The position numbers and the translations under genes are program-made. The notes beneath the pieces were generated by a model. That model did no database searches and was not told the origin of the DNA. It saw only the letters and a program-made list of their open reading frames with translations. A stretch of 47,932 nt of DNA from Octopus sinensis (taxonomy: Eukaryota). The stretch is from positions 1-47,932 of the forward strand of contig NW_021834480.1 of assembly GCF_006345805.1 (NCBI RefSeq). Reading direction: 5' to 3'. Below are positions 35,815 to 47,932 of the stretch, in pieces (position 1 is the first letter of the stretch; every line of letters starts with the position of its first letter).

Positions 35815-36184
35815 GTATATATATGTATATATATACATATATATACACACACACTATAGCTAAAATTTTAATATAAACAATGTATTATGTCTGTGGGGGG
35901 TTGAGTGTACAACTGAGAGAGAGAAAGAGAGAGAGAGAGGGGGGGTGCTCACAGAAATGTGTCACTCTCGTTACTGAAGCAGCTATCATGTTCAGCATTT
36001 GTTGTGGTTAGTTGTCCCTTTATCTGAGACTCTGTTTGGCTCTCCTCCTTGGGCAGAGCTTAACTGTGGCACCATAAATTAACTTCACTGCTAACCTGTT
36101 GCCGAGAGACCTCACTAAGATGTTAATCTGAAGTGGCTTAAGGACTTGGAGACACAGGCACACGGCACACACACACACACACAT

Positions 36185-36263
<79 letters not shown>

Positions 36264-36275
36264 CACATACACACA
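35310..36275. repeat. Compound (ATGT)n/(TA)n/(GA)n/(CA)n microsatellite region
   Basis: Direct reading. Confidence 0.9.
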
Positions 36276-36427
36276 CCATTTACTCATACACACATGCAAT
36301 CACCTATGCTCACACATGCAAACCGTACACATACACGCTGATGATGGTGGGTGGTAGAAACTCATTTTAGACAGATGAATAAATAAATAGCCAGATATAA
36401 ATATAGAGAAGGACAAGGGGAAGACAA

Positions 36428-36465
<38 letters not shown>

Positions 36466-37454
36466 AGAGAGAGAGAGAGAGAGAGTAAGACAGAGGAAAA
36501 AATGCAACTACACACACACACCCATACGCATATGTATATGTGTGTGTATTTAATATTTTTATATGTGTATGGCACACATATATATACACACCATATACAT
36601 ACAAATATATATATACATATATATATATATATAAAGTAGCTTGCTTACCAACCACATGGTTCTGGGTTGGTAAGCATGGAAAATGGGTGATGATGATGAT
36701 GATGATGATGATATATATATATATATATATATATAGGTGTAGGAGTGGCTGTGTGGTAAGTAGCTTGCTTATGAACCACATGGTTCTGGGTTCAGTCCCA
36801 CTCCGTGGCATGTTGGGCAAGTGTCTTCTGCTATAGCCTCAGGCCAACCAAAGCCTTGTGAGTGGATTTGGTAGACGGAAACTGAAAGAAGCCCATAGTA
36901 TATATTTATGTGTGTGTGTATGATTGTGTGTCTGTGTTTGTCCCCCCCCCCACCAACATCGCTTGACAACCGATGCTGGTGTGTTTACATCCCATAACTT
37001 AGCGGTTTGGCAAAAGAGACCGATAGAATAAGTACTAGGCTTACAAAGAATAAGTTCTGGAGTCGATTTGCTCGACTAAAGGCGGTGCTCCAGCATGGAC
37101 AGTCAAATGACTGACAAGTAAAAGAGTAAAATGAGTATATACACATACAGCTATACATACATATATACATACATGCATACACACATACATACATCCATAG
37201 GTATATACTTAACCCCTATATTTGTACAGCAGTAAGGGCCTAGGTGCAAAACAAAGCGGGAAAGAATAGTACTGAAATGCTAAGGATAGAATAAAGTACT
37301 TATTCTATTGAAGCCAAAACAACTTCACAAACTGTTACTCAGAGTTTCACATAACTGCTTGTCAGATGATTCAGGGTCTGAATCATCAGAGCTATTGGAT
37401 GAAGAGTCTTGAGGCACTTTGAGTTTCAATAAAATAATATTATGTAATATGTAC

Positions 37455-37485
<31 letters not shown>

Positions 37486-37715
37486 TAAGGCGGTGGGTTA
37501 GCAGAAATGTTAGAATGCTGGGTGAAATGCTTAGCGGTATTTAGTCTTTCTTTATATTCTGAGTTCAAATTTGGCCGAGGTTGACTTTGCCTTTCATCCT
37601 TTTGGTGTTGATAAATTAGGTACCAGTTGTGTACTGGGGTTGATCTAATCGACTGCTCCCCCACTTCCCAAAAGTTTTGGGCCTTGTGTCTAAAGTAGAA
37701 AATATGTATGTATGT

Positions 37716-37767
<52 letters not shown>

Positions 37768-38041
37768 ATGCATGTGTATCTATGTATGTATATATGTTCT
37801 TTTTTTTTTAATTTTAGAGTAAATTTTGACCAGTCACCTAATTGGTAGCAAGGTTGTGAAGGAAAGTATCTAGATTTAACCATCATCCTCTAAATCTTAA
37901 GAAAGGATGTATGTATGTATGTGAGTATGTATGTATGTATGTATGCATGCATACATGTATGCATGTGTGTATGTATGTATGTATGTATGTATGCATGTAT
38001 ATATGTATGCATGCATACATGCATGTGTGTGTGTATGTATG

Positions 38042-38075
<34 letters not shown>

Positions 38076-38352
38076 TAAATGTATGTATGTATGCAAGTAT
38101 GTATGTATGTATGTATGTATGCAAGTATGTATGTATGTATGTATGTATGTATGAATGTATGTATGTATGAATGTATGTATGTATGTATGTATGCAAGTAT
38201 GTATGTATGTATGACTGTATGTATGTATGTATGTATGCAAGTATGTATGTATGTATGCAAGTATGTATGCAAGTATGTATGTATGTATGTATGTATGTAT
38301 GTACGTATGTACGTATGTATGTATGTATGTATGTATGTATGTATGCATGTAT

Positions 38353-38751
38353 GAGGAGGCCAGGATAACACCTGCAAGACTCCAGAGAGATTTAAAGAAG
38401 AATGTAGCAATCAAGAAGGTGAATCTCAGTGACCTTTTTGTGTGCACAGTTTGTGACAGACCATGCCTTTCTTTTGCTGGGCTCAAATCTCATTTGAGGA
38501 CCCATGGAAAACGAACCTCCACTAACTACTTTGCCAACATACCTGTGCACACCTTTCAATGCTGTGCATGCTATAAGATCTGCAATTCTAATGGAGGCCT
38601 CAAAAGACATTTTAAGATCCACAAAAATCAGAACTTAATGGCAGCTTTTGGTGATCCAAATCGGTTATGAAATCTAAGTGGGTGTCTATTCAAAACACTG
38701 AGGTGTAGGGACAAGAGGTGGTCAGGCTGTGCATAAGGAGTAGACAACCAC

Positions 38752-38752
<1 letters not shown>
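38353..38752 (+). mobile_element. RTE-like LINE 3' end encoding two C2H2 fingers, within (ATGT)n
   Basis: CTVCDRPCLSFAGLKSHLRTH and CCACYKICNSNGGLKRHFKIH; stop at 38670; short 3'UTR; ATGT repeats on both sides; no splice acceptor seen. Confidence 0.7.
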
Positions 38753-38785
<33 letters not shown>

Positions 38786-38852
38786 TGTATGTATGGATGG
38801 ATGGATGGATGGATGGATGGATGGATGGATGGATGTATATATATATATATGC

Positions 38853-38885
<33 letters not shown>

Positions 38886-39465
38886 TGGATGGATGGATGG
38901 ATGGATGAATGTATATATATATGTATATATGTATGTATGTATGTATGTATGCATGTATGTATGTATGTATGTATGTATGTATGTATGTATGTATGTATGT
39001 ATGTATGTATGTATGTATGGATGGATGGATGGATGGATGGATGAATGTATATATGTATGTATATATGTATGTATGTATGTATGTATGGATGGATGGATGG
39101 ATAGATGGATGGATGAATGTATATATGTATGTATGCATATATGTATGCATGTATGTATGTATGTATGTATGTATGTATGTATGTATGTATGTATGTAGTA
39201 TGTATGCATGTATGTAAGTATATGTATGTATGTGTGTATTTATGTATGTATGTATGTATGCATGCATGTATGTATATATGCATGTATGCATGCATGCATG
39301 TATGTATATATGCATGTATGTATGTATGTATGTATGTATATATGCATGTATGCATGCATGCATGTATGTATATATGCATGTATGTATGTATGTATGTATG
39401 TATATATGCATGTATGTATGTATGTATGTATGTATGTATGTATGTATGTATGTATGTATGTATGT

Positions 39466-39665
39466 GGAGGACTTAAACGACATGCGAAGGTACATGAAGC
39501 CCAGTTACAACTACAGCCGGCTATTACCAGTAAAGGTTTTAGTGGCCAATTCTGTACAAGACATTGTAGATCTTTAGCTGGGCTAAAAAGTTACATTCGA
39601 TTACAGCACCAATAACAGTTAAGCTTCGTGCAATGGCCATACTCGATAACGAGGGGGCAGCCATA
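39466..39665 (+). mobile_element. Second diverged RTE-like zinc-finger 3' end within (ATGT)n
   Basis: GGLKRHAKVH...FCTRHCRSLAGLKSYIRLQH*; 3' hairpin CTCG-ATAA-CGAG then ATGT tail. Confidence 0.65.
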
Positions 39666-40507
39666 ATGTATGTATGTATGTATGTATGTATGTATGTATG
39701 TATACGTGTATGTATGTGTGTGTGCATGTGTGCATGCATGTGTGTACATGTGCATGGATGTGTGTGTGCATGTATGTATGCATGTGTGTGTGTGCATATG
39801 TGCGTGTATGCATGCATGAGTGTGTATGTATTTTATCTTTACTGCCCACAAGGAGCTAAACATAGAGTGGACAAACAAGGACAGAGAAAGGTATTAAGTC
39901 GATTACATCAACCCCAGTGCATAACTGCTACTTAATTTATCAACCCCCAAGATGATGAAAGGCAAAGTCGACCTCAGAATTTGAACTCAGAACGTAAAGG
40001 CATACGAAATACTGCTGAGCATTTTGCCCGGCGTGCTAATGTTTCTGCCAGCTCACCGCCTTTGCATGAGTGTATATATGTATGTATATGGGATTTTAGC
40101 CTTTTAGCAGCATTCAGATTATACTTTTAAATGTAAAGCTTATTTATTCACATTGTTTTGAATTAATTATGCTTTACCACTTAAGATTTCAATGATGCAA
40201 TTGTCTATTTTTAGAATGACATTGTTAGGTAAGTGCAAGAGGCCAGATCTGATCTGTCTGAACATGAAACAAGTAGAATATTTAATACATGTATATATTA
40301 CTGACGTTCATATCATTAACGTTGACCCTTTAGCATGTAGATTACTCTGTCAAATATAAAGCTTAGTTACGGAGATGTACTTGCATAGCGAGTGACTTGA
40401 TCTGAGATCGTGTGCTGGAACGAAAACAATTGCATTGTGGAAGGTGTTTATAAGCCATTTAAGAAACACACAAAAACCGTTAGATTCACTTCAACACTTA
40501 AATTTAA

Positions 40508-40558
40508 TTTGTCAAAATATTTTCGTCGCTTTGAGACCGCAACTTGTTCACTGACAAA
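40508..40558 (-). ncRNA. Minimal type-I hammerhead ribozyme motif, G3:C8 core variant
   Basis: TTTGTCA-GTGAACA-A-GTTGC[GGTCTCAAA]GCGAC-GAAA-ATAT-TT-TGACAAA: 7-bp stem I, 5-bp stem II, palindromic stem III. Confidence 0.75.
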
Positions 40559-41457
40559 GCTTCGAGCTGCATTGTTTTGAATTAATCCTGCATTATCTCA
40601 TAGAGTCAAGATTTCAATGATGTGGTTATTTATATTTAGAATGGCATTGTAGGGTAGGTGTGAGTGGCTGGATCTGGCTAGTTTCAACCTAAAACAGGTA
40701 GAATACCTGTGTCAGATGTGGCCAGTTTAAATGCCAAATGGTTCAGGCAATTTCCAACAGATTGTGTTTCCAGATGCTTCCTGCAGTTGGAAGGAGACAC
40801 CGGTCACCTTGGGACATTCTTGCCACCAGACGCTGGGTGTCCAGCCTTCAGTGTAAAGATAGGAATACTGGCAAAGGAGCCGTGTCCAACATCGTTCTAC
40901 GCTTCATTGCACAGGTCTCTTCCTTTCCTGCAAAAGTGGGTCACTTCCTGTAACTAATTTGATTTTCAATGATTAAATACTTCCTGTTCTGTTCCTGTGT
41001 TGCTATGATGCTTTGGAGAGAGAGAGAGGGAGAGAGAGAGAGAGAGGGAGAGAGAGAGAGAGGGAGAGAGAGAGAGAGAGAGAGAGGGTGAGGGAGGGGA
41101 GTGGAAGGGAGAGTAATGAAGAAGAGAAGACAGGAAGCTGGAAGACACGCAATTTATTTTAAATATTAATACAAATAGATTTATGGCTCTGCAATTGATG
41201 CGATAGATCGTCTGGCAATGGAAGCGTGGCTGAATTGTACCTAAAGCTTCCGGTTAGAACTCTACCTGTCAACAATACAGGATAATAGCCATTGGCAGCA
41301 TGGACTGAATGGAAGGTGCCCCCGGTCAGACTCTTGTGAGACTAAATGGGAGCTGCTTCTGTCAGAATCCCTGTGCAACTGAGCAATTCAGTCTGGGGTC
41401 CACTCCATTTGGGAAAGGGCCCAGAAAAGTGGCATTAAACTCATCCATGCAATTCTT

Positions 41458-41874
41458 ATTTCTTTATTGCCCACAAGTGGCTACACACAGAAGGGACAAA
41501 CAAGGACAGACAAATGGATTAAGTTAATTATATCAACCCCAGTGTGTAACTGGTACTTATTTAATCGACCCCGAAAGTATTGAAAGGCAAAGTCAACCTC
41601 GGCGGAATTTGAACCCAAAACGTAAAGATAGATGAAATACCTATTTCTTTACTACCCACAAGGAGCTAAACACAGAGAGGACAAACAAGGACAGACAAAC
41701 AGATTAAGTCAATTATATAGACCCCAGTGCATAACTAGTACTTATTTAATCGACCCCGAAAGGATGAAAGGCAAAGTTGACCTCGGCGGAATTGGAACTC
41801 AGAACGTAAAGACAGACGAAATACTACTAAGCATTTCGCCCGGCATGCTAACGTTTCTGCCAGCTCGCCACCTT
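41458..41874 (-). mobile_element. Dimeric SINE of the same family
   Basis: Perfect 17-bp TSD TCATCCATGCAATTCTT at 41441-41457 and 41875-41891. Confidence 0.9.
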
Positions 41875-42934
41875 TCATCCATGCAATTCTTGGACAGGAA
41901 ACTGTACCTGTCAGGACATTTCTCCAAATTATATCTGTAACCCACAAAGAGAAGAGAATAAGTCAATGCAGCAATGAAAAATCTTATTTTTCATTTTACC
42001 CCAATTTTCATGATTAAAAATGAAAAGATTCCTTGATGATCAGCATTTGATGCTAATTTTATGTATAGTAAAATGATGGCCCATTTCATAATTAGGATAA
42101 GTATAGTAAAAACACCCCCTACACTCACGGAGTGGTTGGCATTAGGAAGGCCATCCATCTGTAGAAACACTGCCAAATCAGACTGGAGCCTGGTGCAGCC
42201 TCCATGGCTTACCAGACCCCGGTCGAACCGTCCAACCCATGCTAGCATGGAAAACGGACGTTAAATGATGATGATGATGATGATGATGATAGTCTACATT
42301 TTAGTTGAGAGATTTTGTTCAGGAAAAAAAAAGTGATTGGTTTATCACACTGACAAAGGTTACCAAAATTGTTGTTCTGAAAATATCAACCTTCATATGT
42401 AGAGAAACATCAGGGAGGACAGAAGCTATGCATTAAATTTTAACATCGGCCATCTTTTTGGCAATAGAAAAATAGGACTTAATTCCAACAGAGAAGAAAT
42501 CCATTTTGAGATTTACCTACACAAACCTAATTGTCATGGTTATTAAGTATTGCTAAGATTTGACTAATTAATCAGAGACCTCAGGGTGATCATGATTAAT
42601 TTCAAGTTTGTATCCTAAGTGATAACTGGATGTCTGATGCAAAAGGCATTTGTTATTGATCAATAAAATATTGAGTATTGCAGAACCTGATATAAATTGA
42701 ATCAAGTCTCAACCTCATTCAATAGTTTTCACCAATGACAATAACTTCGTCAAGTTAGAAAAGAATTCTTTCCATATCACTTTTGGTAAATTAACATATG
42801 CACTTGAAACATCCTTAAGCTGAAATACTAGTGTATATAACATTTATAATGTTAATAGAAATGTAGAACAATACTATCTGTAAAAACTGTGGTGTGTTAA
42901 AAACTCAGGGCTCCACTCACAAGAGTGGTGAACC

Positions 42935-42977
42935 ACCAGACACCAGTGTTTCAACCTGATTTGGCCTCCTCAGTGAC
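42935..42977 (-). ncRNA. Type-I hammerhead ribozyme motif, canonical core, GUC site
   Basis: GTCA-CTGAGGA-GGCC[AAATCA]GGTT-GAAA-CAC[TG]GTG-TC-TGGT; stem I weak (wobbles). Confidence 0.6.
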
Positions 42978-45900
42978 AAATACCTTGGATGTTTTGAGCT
43001 AGGCTGAAAAATGCCTGTCCTGCTACACAAATCCCTGAGGAGGGGAACCTGATAGAATGACTACTTACAAATGTAATTTAATGTGGGAAATAAAATGTAT
43101 GGGACCTTCAATGTTAGGGAGTAAAAAAGGTAACTAAAAAGCTGTAAAGAATTATCATTTGTGAATAGTTAATAGCAAAATGCTTGCTATTGTCATTTGT
43201 GTTTGTAGCAGAGAGATAAATAAGAGCCCATTAATATCATAAAGAAGCTGTTTATTCTCTCTTTTAATAAATATTTCATGGAGTAGCGAGAAACAGTGAT
43301 ATTTAGTAGCAATGAATTAGTTATTGTATAGGTAGGGGAAAATATGATGAGGAGTTGCCAACAAGTTGAACACAAGTCAGGCAAAATATTTTAATGCACC
43401 ATCTTGTAAAAATAATAATCAAAGTATTTGAAACTCAGAGAAATGAAGTAAAAGGCTGTTTAAGGTTGGGACATCAGAACGTTTTGAAGACATTTTGAAG
43501 AAAGATATTAGAAGTTGTAAGAGTTAGCACTTCCTTCTCTAAGCCTAGATTCGAAATCGAATCCAAGAATCATCGGTCGTCAAAAACCAATGCATGTATA
43601 GGCGCGAAATTTAAAGATCTCTTTGTTCTGTCAAAAAGTGATTGATCATCTCCCTTTGACCTCCGACCTCAGCCATGTCAGGCGAAGTTCAACTGGACAA
43701 GCGCTGACCTACTTAAGTAGTAACTCTGTTGCAGTATGTCTATCTTTCTAGCTATTTCAAATATTATAAATACAAGGGAAAAACAGAGAAAGAAAGAGAA
43801 TCGCAGCTGACACACCAGCAGACAAGATTTATCTCGCCCCGCATTTTGGAGGCGACAGAGAAATGCCTACAGGCTACTGTTTCGAATGATTCACGCACAC
43901 ACCCACACACACAAACATATTCATCTTTAATATGTGCTCTATACAAGCAATGCGTAGCATTTGCTTACATTTGTATGTAGTGTATTTATAATCCATGTAA
44001 ATAAATCCCTTTTTAATCATGAAACAATTTATGTATTTATTTATACACACACACATCCACTACAAAGTAAAAGATCTTTGCAAATATTCTCATTTATGAA
44101 ATTGCAACACTATCCAAGTCAAATATTAAATTGTTGATTTGCCATATATTTTTATGGACACACACACACACACACACACATACACACACACACACAAGTA
44201 CACACATACATACATACTTATATACATAGATAGTTTGACAGACAGACAGATAAATATCTAAAAGAGCAAACGAATGTAAAGAAAGCAAGGGACCTTGGTA
44301 GAGCCAATGAGATTAAGCAAAAGAAATAGGAGGTGGAGGGGTTTTGTCTGTTTTGAAATTTTAGGCATGTTTCAGCCTCAGTGCATTACAAGTGCTTCGT
44401 GGGTTGAGTGCTGTTACCCTCCAGCCCCTCACAGACTCTCTCCAGTCCTGTAAACAATTTTGTTTCTCACACACACTACATAATCTCTGTGTAGGTAAGT
44501 TGCTGTGACAACAATATACCAGAAACACAGAGAGAAGGAGAAAGAGAGAGAGAGAGAGAGAGAGAGGTAATAAAGAAAAAGAAGAGAAGGAAGAGCAACA
44601 GAAGTGTATAGAGTATATTTTAAATATTCATATCAGGAGGTTGATAGCTTGACCATTGATTGAGCAGAGGACACAGAGTAGACAATAGGTGAGAGAAATA
44701 AAAGCCATACATGAATAAGCAACCCATAACTACATACATTAAGGCGGCGAGGTGGCAGAACCGTTAGCGTAGCTGTATTTCATCTGCCGCTACGTTCTGA
44801 GTTCAAATTCCGCCGAGGTTGACTTTGCCTTCATCCTTTCGGGGTCGATAAATTAAGTACCAGTTACGCACTGGGGTCGATATAATCAACTTAATCCATT
44901 TGTCTGTCCTTGTTTGTCCCCTCTGTGTTTAGCCCCTTGTTGGGGTCGTAAAGAAATACATAACTACATACATACAGACAGACAGACAGATAGACATGTT
45001 TGTTTGTTTGTTCCTTCTCGAGCCATGCCTGGCTCATAAGGGCCAGTTTCCCCGGTTTCCTTGGCATATAGGTTCCCCACCTGGACAGGACGCCGGTCCA
45101 TCGCAGGTGAGCTGCAAGATGCAGGAGGAAAGAGTGAGAGAAAGTTGTGGTGAAAGAATCAACAGAAGTTTCGCCATTACCTTCTGCCGGAGCCGTGTGG
45201 AGCTTAGGTGTTTTGCTCATAAACACACACGCATCGCCTGGTCTGAGATTCGAACCCGCAATCCCTCGACTGTGAGTCCGCTGCTCTAACCACTAGGCCA
45301 TGTGCCTCCACACAGACATGTATGTATAGGTAAAGGTATTGTTATCTTCTCGAGTCATGCTGACTCACAAGGGCCGTTTTCCCCAGTTTCGTGGCATATA
45401 AATTCCCCACTTCCTTCCTGGATGGGATGCCAGTCCATTGCAGGGTAACTCGCTTTTGCCAGCTGAGTGGACTGGAGTAACATGAAATGAAGTGTTTTGC
45501 TCAAGAACGCAATGCAACACCTGGTCCAGGAATCGATACTACAATGTTATGATCATGAGTCCAACACCCTAACCTCTAAGCCATATGCCTCCACATGTAT
45601 GTATATATTTGCATGCATGCATTATCATCATCATCATCATCATCATCGTTACATGTCTGTTTCCCATGCTAGCAGAGTTGGTTGGTTTGGCAAGAGCTGA
45701 TAAGCCAGAGTGACATGCCAAACACCAACGTCAGCTTTGGCGTGGTTTCTACAGCTAGACGCCCTTCCTAACACCAACCACTTTACAGAGGTTACTGGGT
45801 GCTTTTTTGTGGCATTGACACCAGAGAGGTCACCGTGAAACTCAACTCACAAAATAAGAACCACAACTGGGGGTTGTGCAGTACTGACTTTATGTCAGGT

Positions 45901-46524
45901 GATGAAAGGTTAAATTATAATTGAGGGACAGGCGGTGAGCTGGCAGAAACGTCAGCACGCCGGGCGAAATGCGTATCCGTATTTCGTCTGTTGCTATGTT
46001 CTGAGTTCAAATTCCGCTGAGGTCGACTTTGCTTTTCATCCTTTCGGGGTCGATAAATAAAAGTACCAGTTTCGCAATGGGGTCAATGCAATCGACTTAA
46101 TCCCTTTGTCTGTCCTTGTTTGTCCCTTCTTTACTTAGCCCCTTGTGGGTAGTAAAGAAATATATAATTGAGGGAGAGGAACAGGTGTGTTGCTGTGGGG
46201 GAAATACATGGTTACCCCAAATGGAAAAGGGAGTCGATGACAATGCCGATGTGTCAGGGTGTATCCTCAAGTGACAGGGAGGTGAATATAAGAAAAGGGG
46301 TACAGAAGGTTGGATAGGGTGAGTGGGTAAATAAATAATTTGTCAAGGGTGTGAAAGGATAGGAGATGGATTGAGATGGTGAACACAGGTAAATTGGTGG
46401 GGTGGTGGTGGAGATAGGAGTGGATCAGGGAGGTGATACAAGATAGAAGAGGTGATGTTAAGTGTGTGGGGTGATATATATATATATATATATACATACA
46501 CACACTCGCACACACAACAACATC

Positions 46525-46716
46525 ATCGAAAAATACCTTAGGAATGAGAATCCAGGTTCGAAATTTACCCTAAGACACTTGATGAAGGCTGGAGAGTATA
46601 TCAGCCAAAATGTTGTGTTAACAACGAACAAGATGAGGACAAATATCCGTCAAATGTAAATAATGTAAATAACGTAAATAATGTGCATAATTCCTCATCT
46701 CTTAAATATAGAACTG
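46525..46716 (+). mobile_element. Penelope-like element, family A, decayed hammerhead 46574-46619
   Basis: GACAC-TTGATGA-A-GGCTG..CAGCC-AAAA-TG-TT-GTGTT; stems intact, core C3U and G12A. Confidence 0.75.
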
Positions 46717-46809
46717 TATTTCCACAAAAAGACATCTAATGTTGATTCTTCAGATTTTGCTGGTAGATTACAGGCGTAATTTTGCGAATATGAAAATAAT
46801 ACTAGTATA

Positions 46810-46984
46810 TGATGTGTGGTGAATTTATGGAAGGAAATCCCCTAAAACTCATAAATTTAGTTGAAAACGGAGAAGAGAAGATGTTGAGATATATAAGAGA
46901 ATTTTAATTCATGCAGACAATCATTTCGTACAGAGATATAAAAATCATGAAAATTCATGGTTGAATCGAATTAGATTAAATTAA

Positions 46985-47026
<42 letters not shown>

Positions 47027-47775
47027 ATGTGTGGAGGTGCAATGGCCCAGTGGTTAGGGCAGCGGACTTGCGGTCATAGGATCACGGTTTCGATTCCCAG
47101 ACCGGGCTTTGTGAGTGTTTATTGAGCGAAAAACACCTAAAGCTCCACACAGCTCTGGCAGGGGGTAGTGGAGATCACTGCTGTACTCTTTCGCCACAAC
47201 TTTATCTCACTCTTTATTCTGTTGGCCTGCTCACTTAGCCAGCGGGGTGGCGTCATTTGAAGGCTAAAACAATGCGAAGCGCATTGTGACTATCGATGTG
47301 TAGCAACATCTGATAGCCTGGTCAGTCACGGTGATCACAGTGATATATATCAGTGTAATCTTCAGTGCAGGAAGAATAAACAAAATTTACAATGAACTTG
47401 CGAAAGGAAATAGCAGAAGTATATGTGAGTCAAGTTAGATATTAACTATATAGTTAATATCTAACTTGACTCACATCTCTTTCTCATAAGGATGAATATG
47501 AATCTCCTCGATTCTATTCTTCTGCTTTTCCTTTCTCTAGTTCATTGTAAATTTTGCTTATATTTCCTGCACTGAAGCGTACATTGATATATATAATTAA
47601 TTAATTTAATCTAATTCAATTCAATCATGAATTTGCATTATTTTTATATCTCTGTATGAAACGATCGTCTGCATGAATTAAAATTCTCTAATATATTTTA
47701 GCATCTTCTCTTCTCCATTTTCAACTAAATTGATGAGTTTTAGGCGATTCCTTCCATAAATTCACAACACATCAT
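46810..47775. repeat. Foldback element with long inverted arms and a central perfect palindrome
   Basis: 46810-47030 plus 47357-47419 is the reverse complement of about 47519-47775; 54-bp palindrome at 47423-47476. Confidence 0.85.
47031..47342 (+). mobile_element. tRNA-derived SINE inserted in a foldback arm
   Basis: A-box TGGCCCAGTGG, B-box GGTTTCGATTCC; TSD ATATATATCA(A/G)TGT. Confidence 0.85.
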
Positions 47776-47932
47776 CTCTATATATATAAACGGCAAAATG
47801 TCTGTGTGTGTGGTGTGTCCTTTATACAAATCCACAGTTTTTCAGTTAGAGGGCTTGCACTTTCTATGGTCATTCAAACCTGTCCAAAGGTGGTTGTGAA
47901 GATCTTTTTATTTCCTCAGTTACCCCTGAAAG
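47775..47932 (+). mobile_element. Probable Helitron 5' end
   Basis: A|TCTCTATATATATAAA start followed by a GT microsatellite; truncated by the window edge. Confidence 0.55.

Larger units (their letters stand above)
37907..39830. repeat. (ATGT)n/(ATGG)n/(ATGC)n array interrupted by two LINE 3' ends
   Basis: Direct reading. Confidence 0.97.

Noticed and set aside
38227-38670. C2H2 ORF as a host transcription-factor exon
   Set aside because: No splice acceptor or TGEKP linkers; RTE-type finger signature and microsatellite tail favour a LINE origin.
33760-39935. Many ORFs of poly-I/L, YIYI, MYVC and HTYI type
   Set aside because: Translations of microsatellites, apart from the two zinc-finger LINE fragments.

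Overview
AT-rich, repeat-dense eukaryotic genomic DNA. The SINE/microsatellite content suggests a cephalopod (Octopus-like), which is an inference. One gene is solid: a 3-exon minus-strand ZNF593/BUD20 orthologue (CDS 24023-23824, 20341-20279, 14491-14353; 133 aa) with E-box, CRE and CCAAT motifs near its start. Two weaker candidates are the 3' exons of an unidentified plus-strand gene (46-137, 5792-5878, 7191-7201 plus polyA signals) and a 292-aa orphan ORF (30309-29431). Most of the rest is tRNA-derived SINEs, 3' fragments of RTE, CR1 and R4/Dong LINEs, MITEs (Merlin-, piggyBac-, hAT-, Tc/mariner-like), a foldback element, Helitron ends and long microsatellites. The main finding is at least 10 minimal type-I hammerhead-ribozyme motifs in about six small Penelope-like repeat families, including compensatory core variants G3:C8 and U3:A8. 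Also notable: SINE multimers bracketed by a single target-site duplication, zinc-finger-bearing LINE 3' ends inside (ATGT)n arrays, and a cluster of Merlin-like MITEs around the ZNF593 5' region. Nearly all other ORFs in the track are repeat or microsatellite artefacts. All structures were read by eye; no searches were run.
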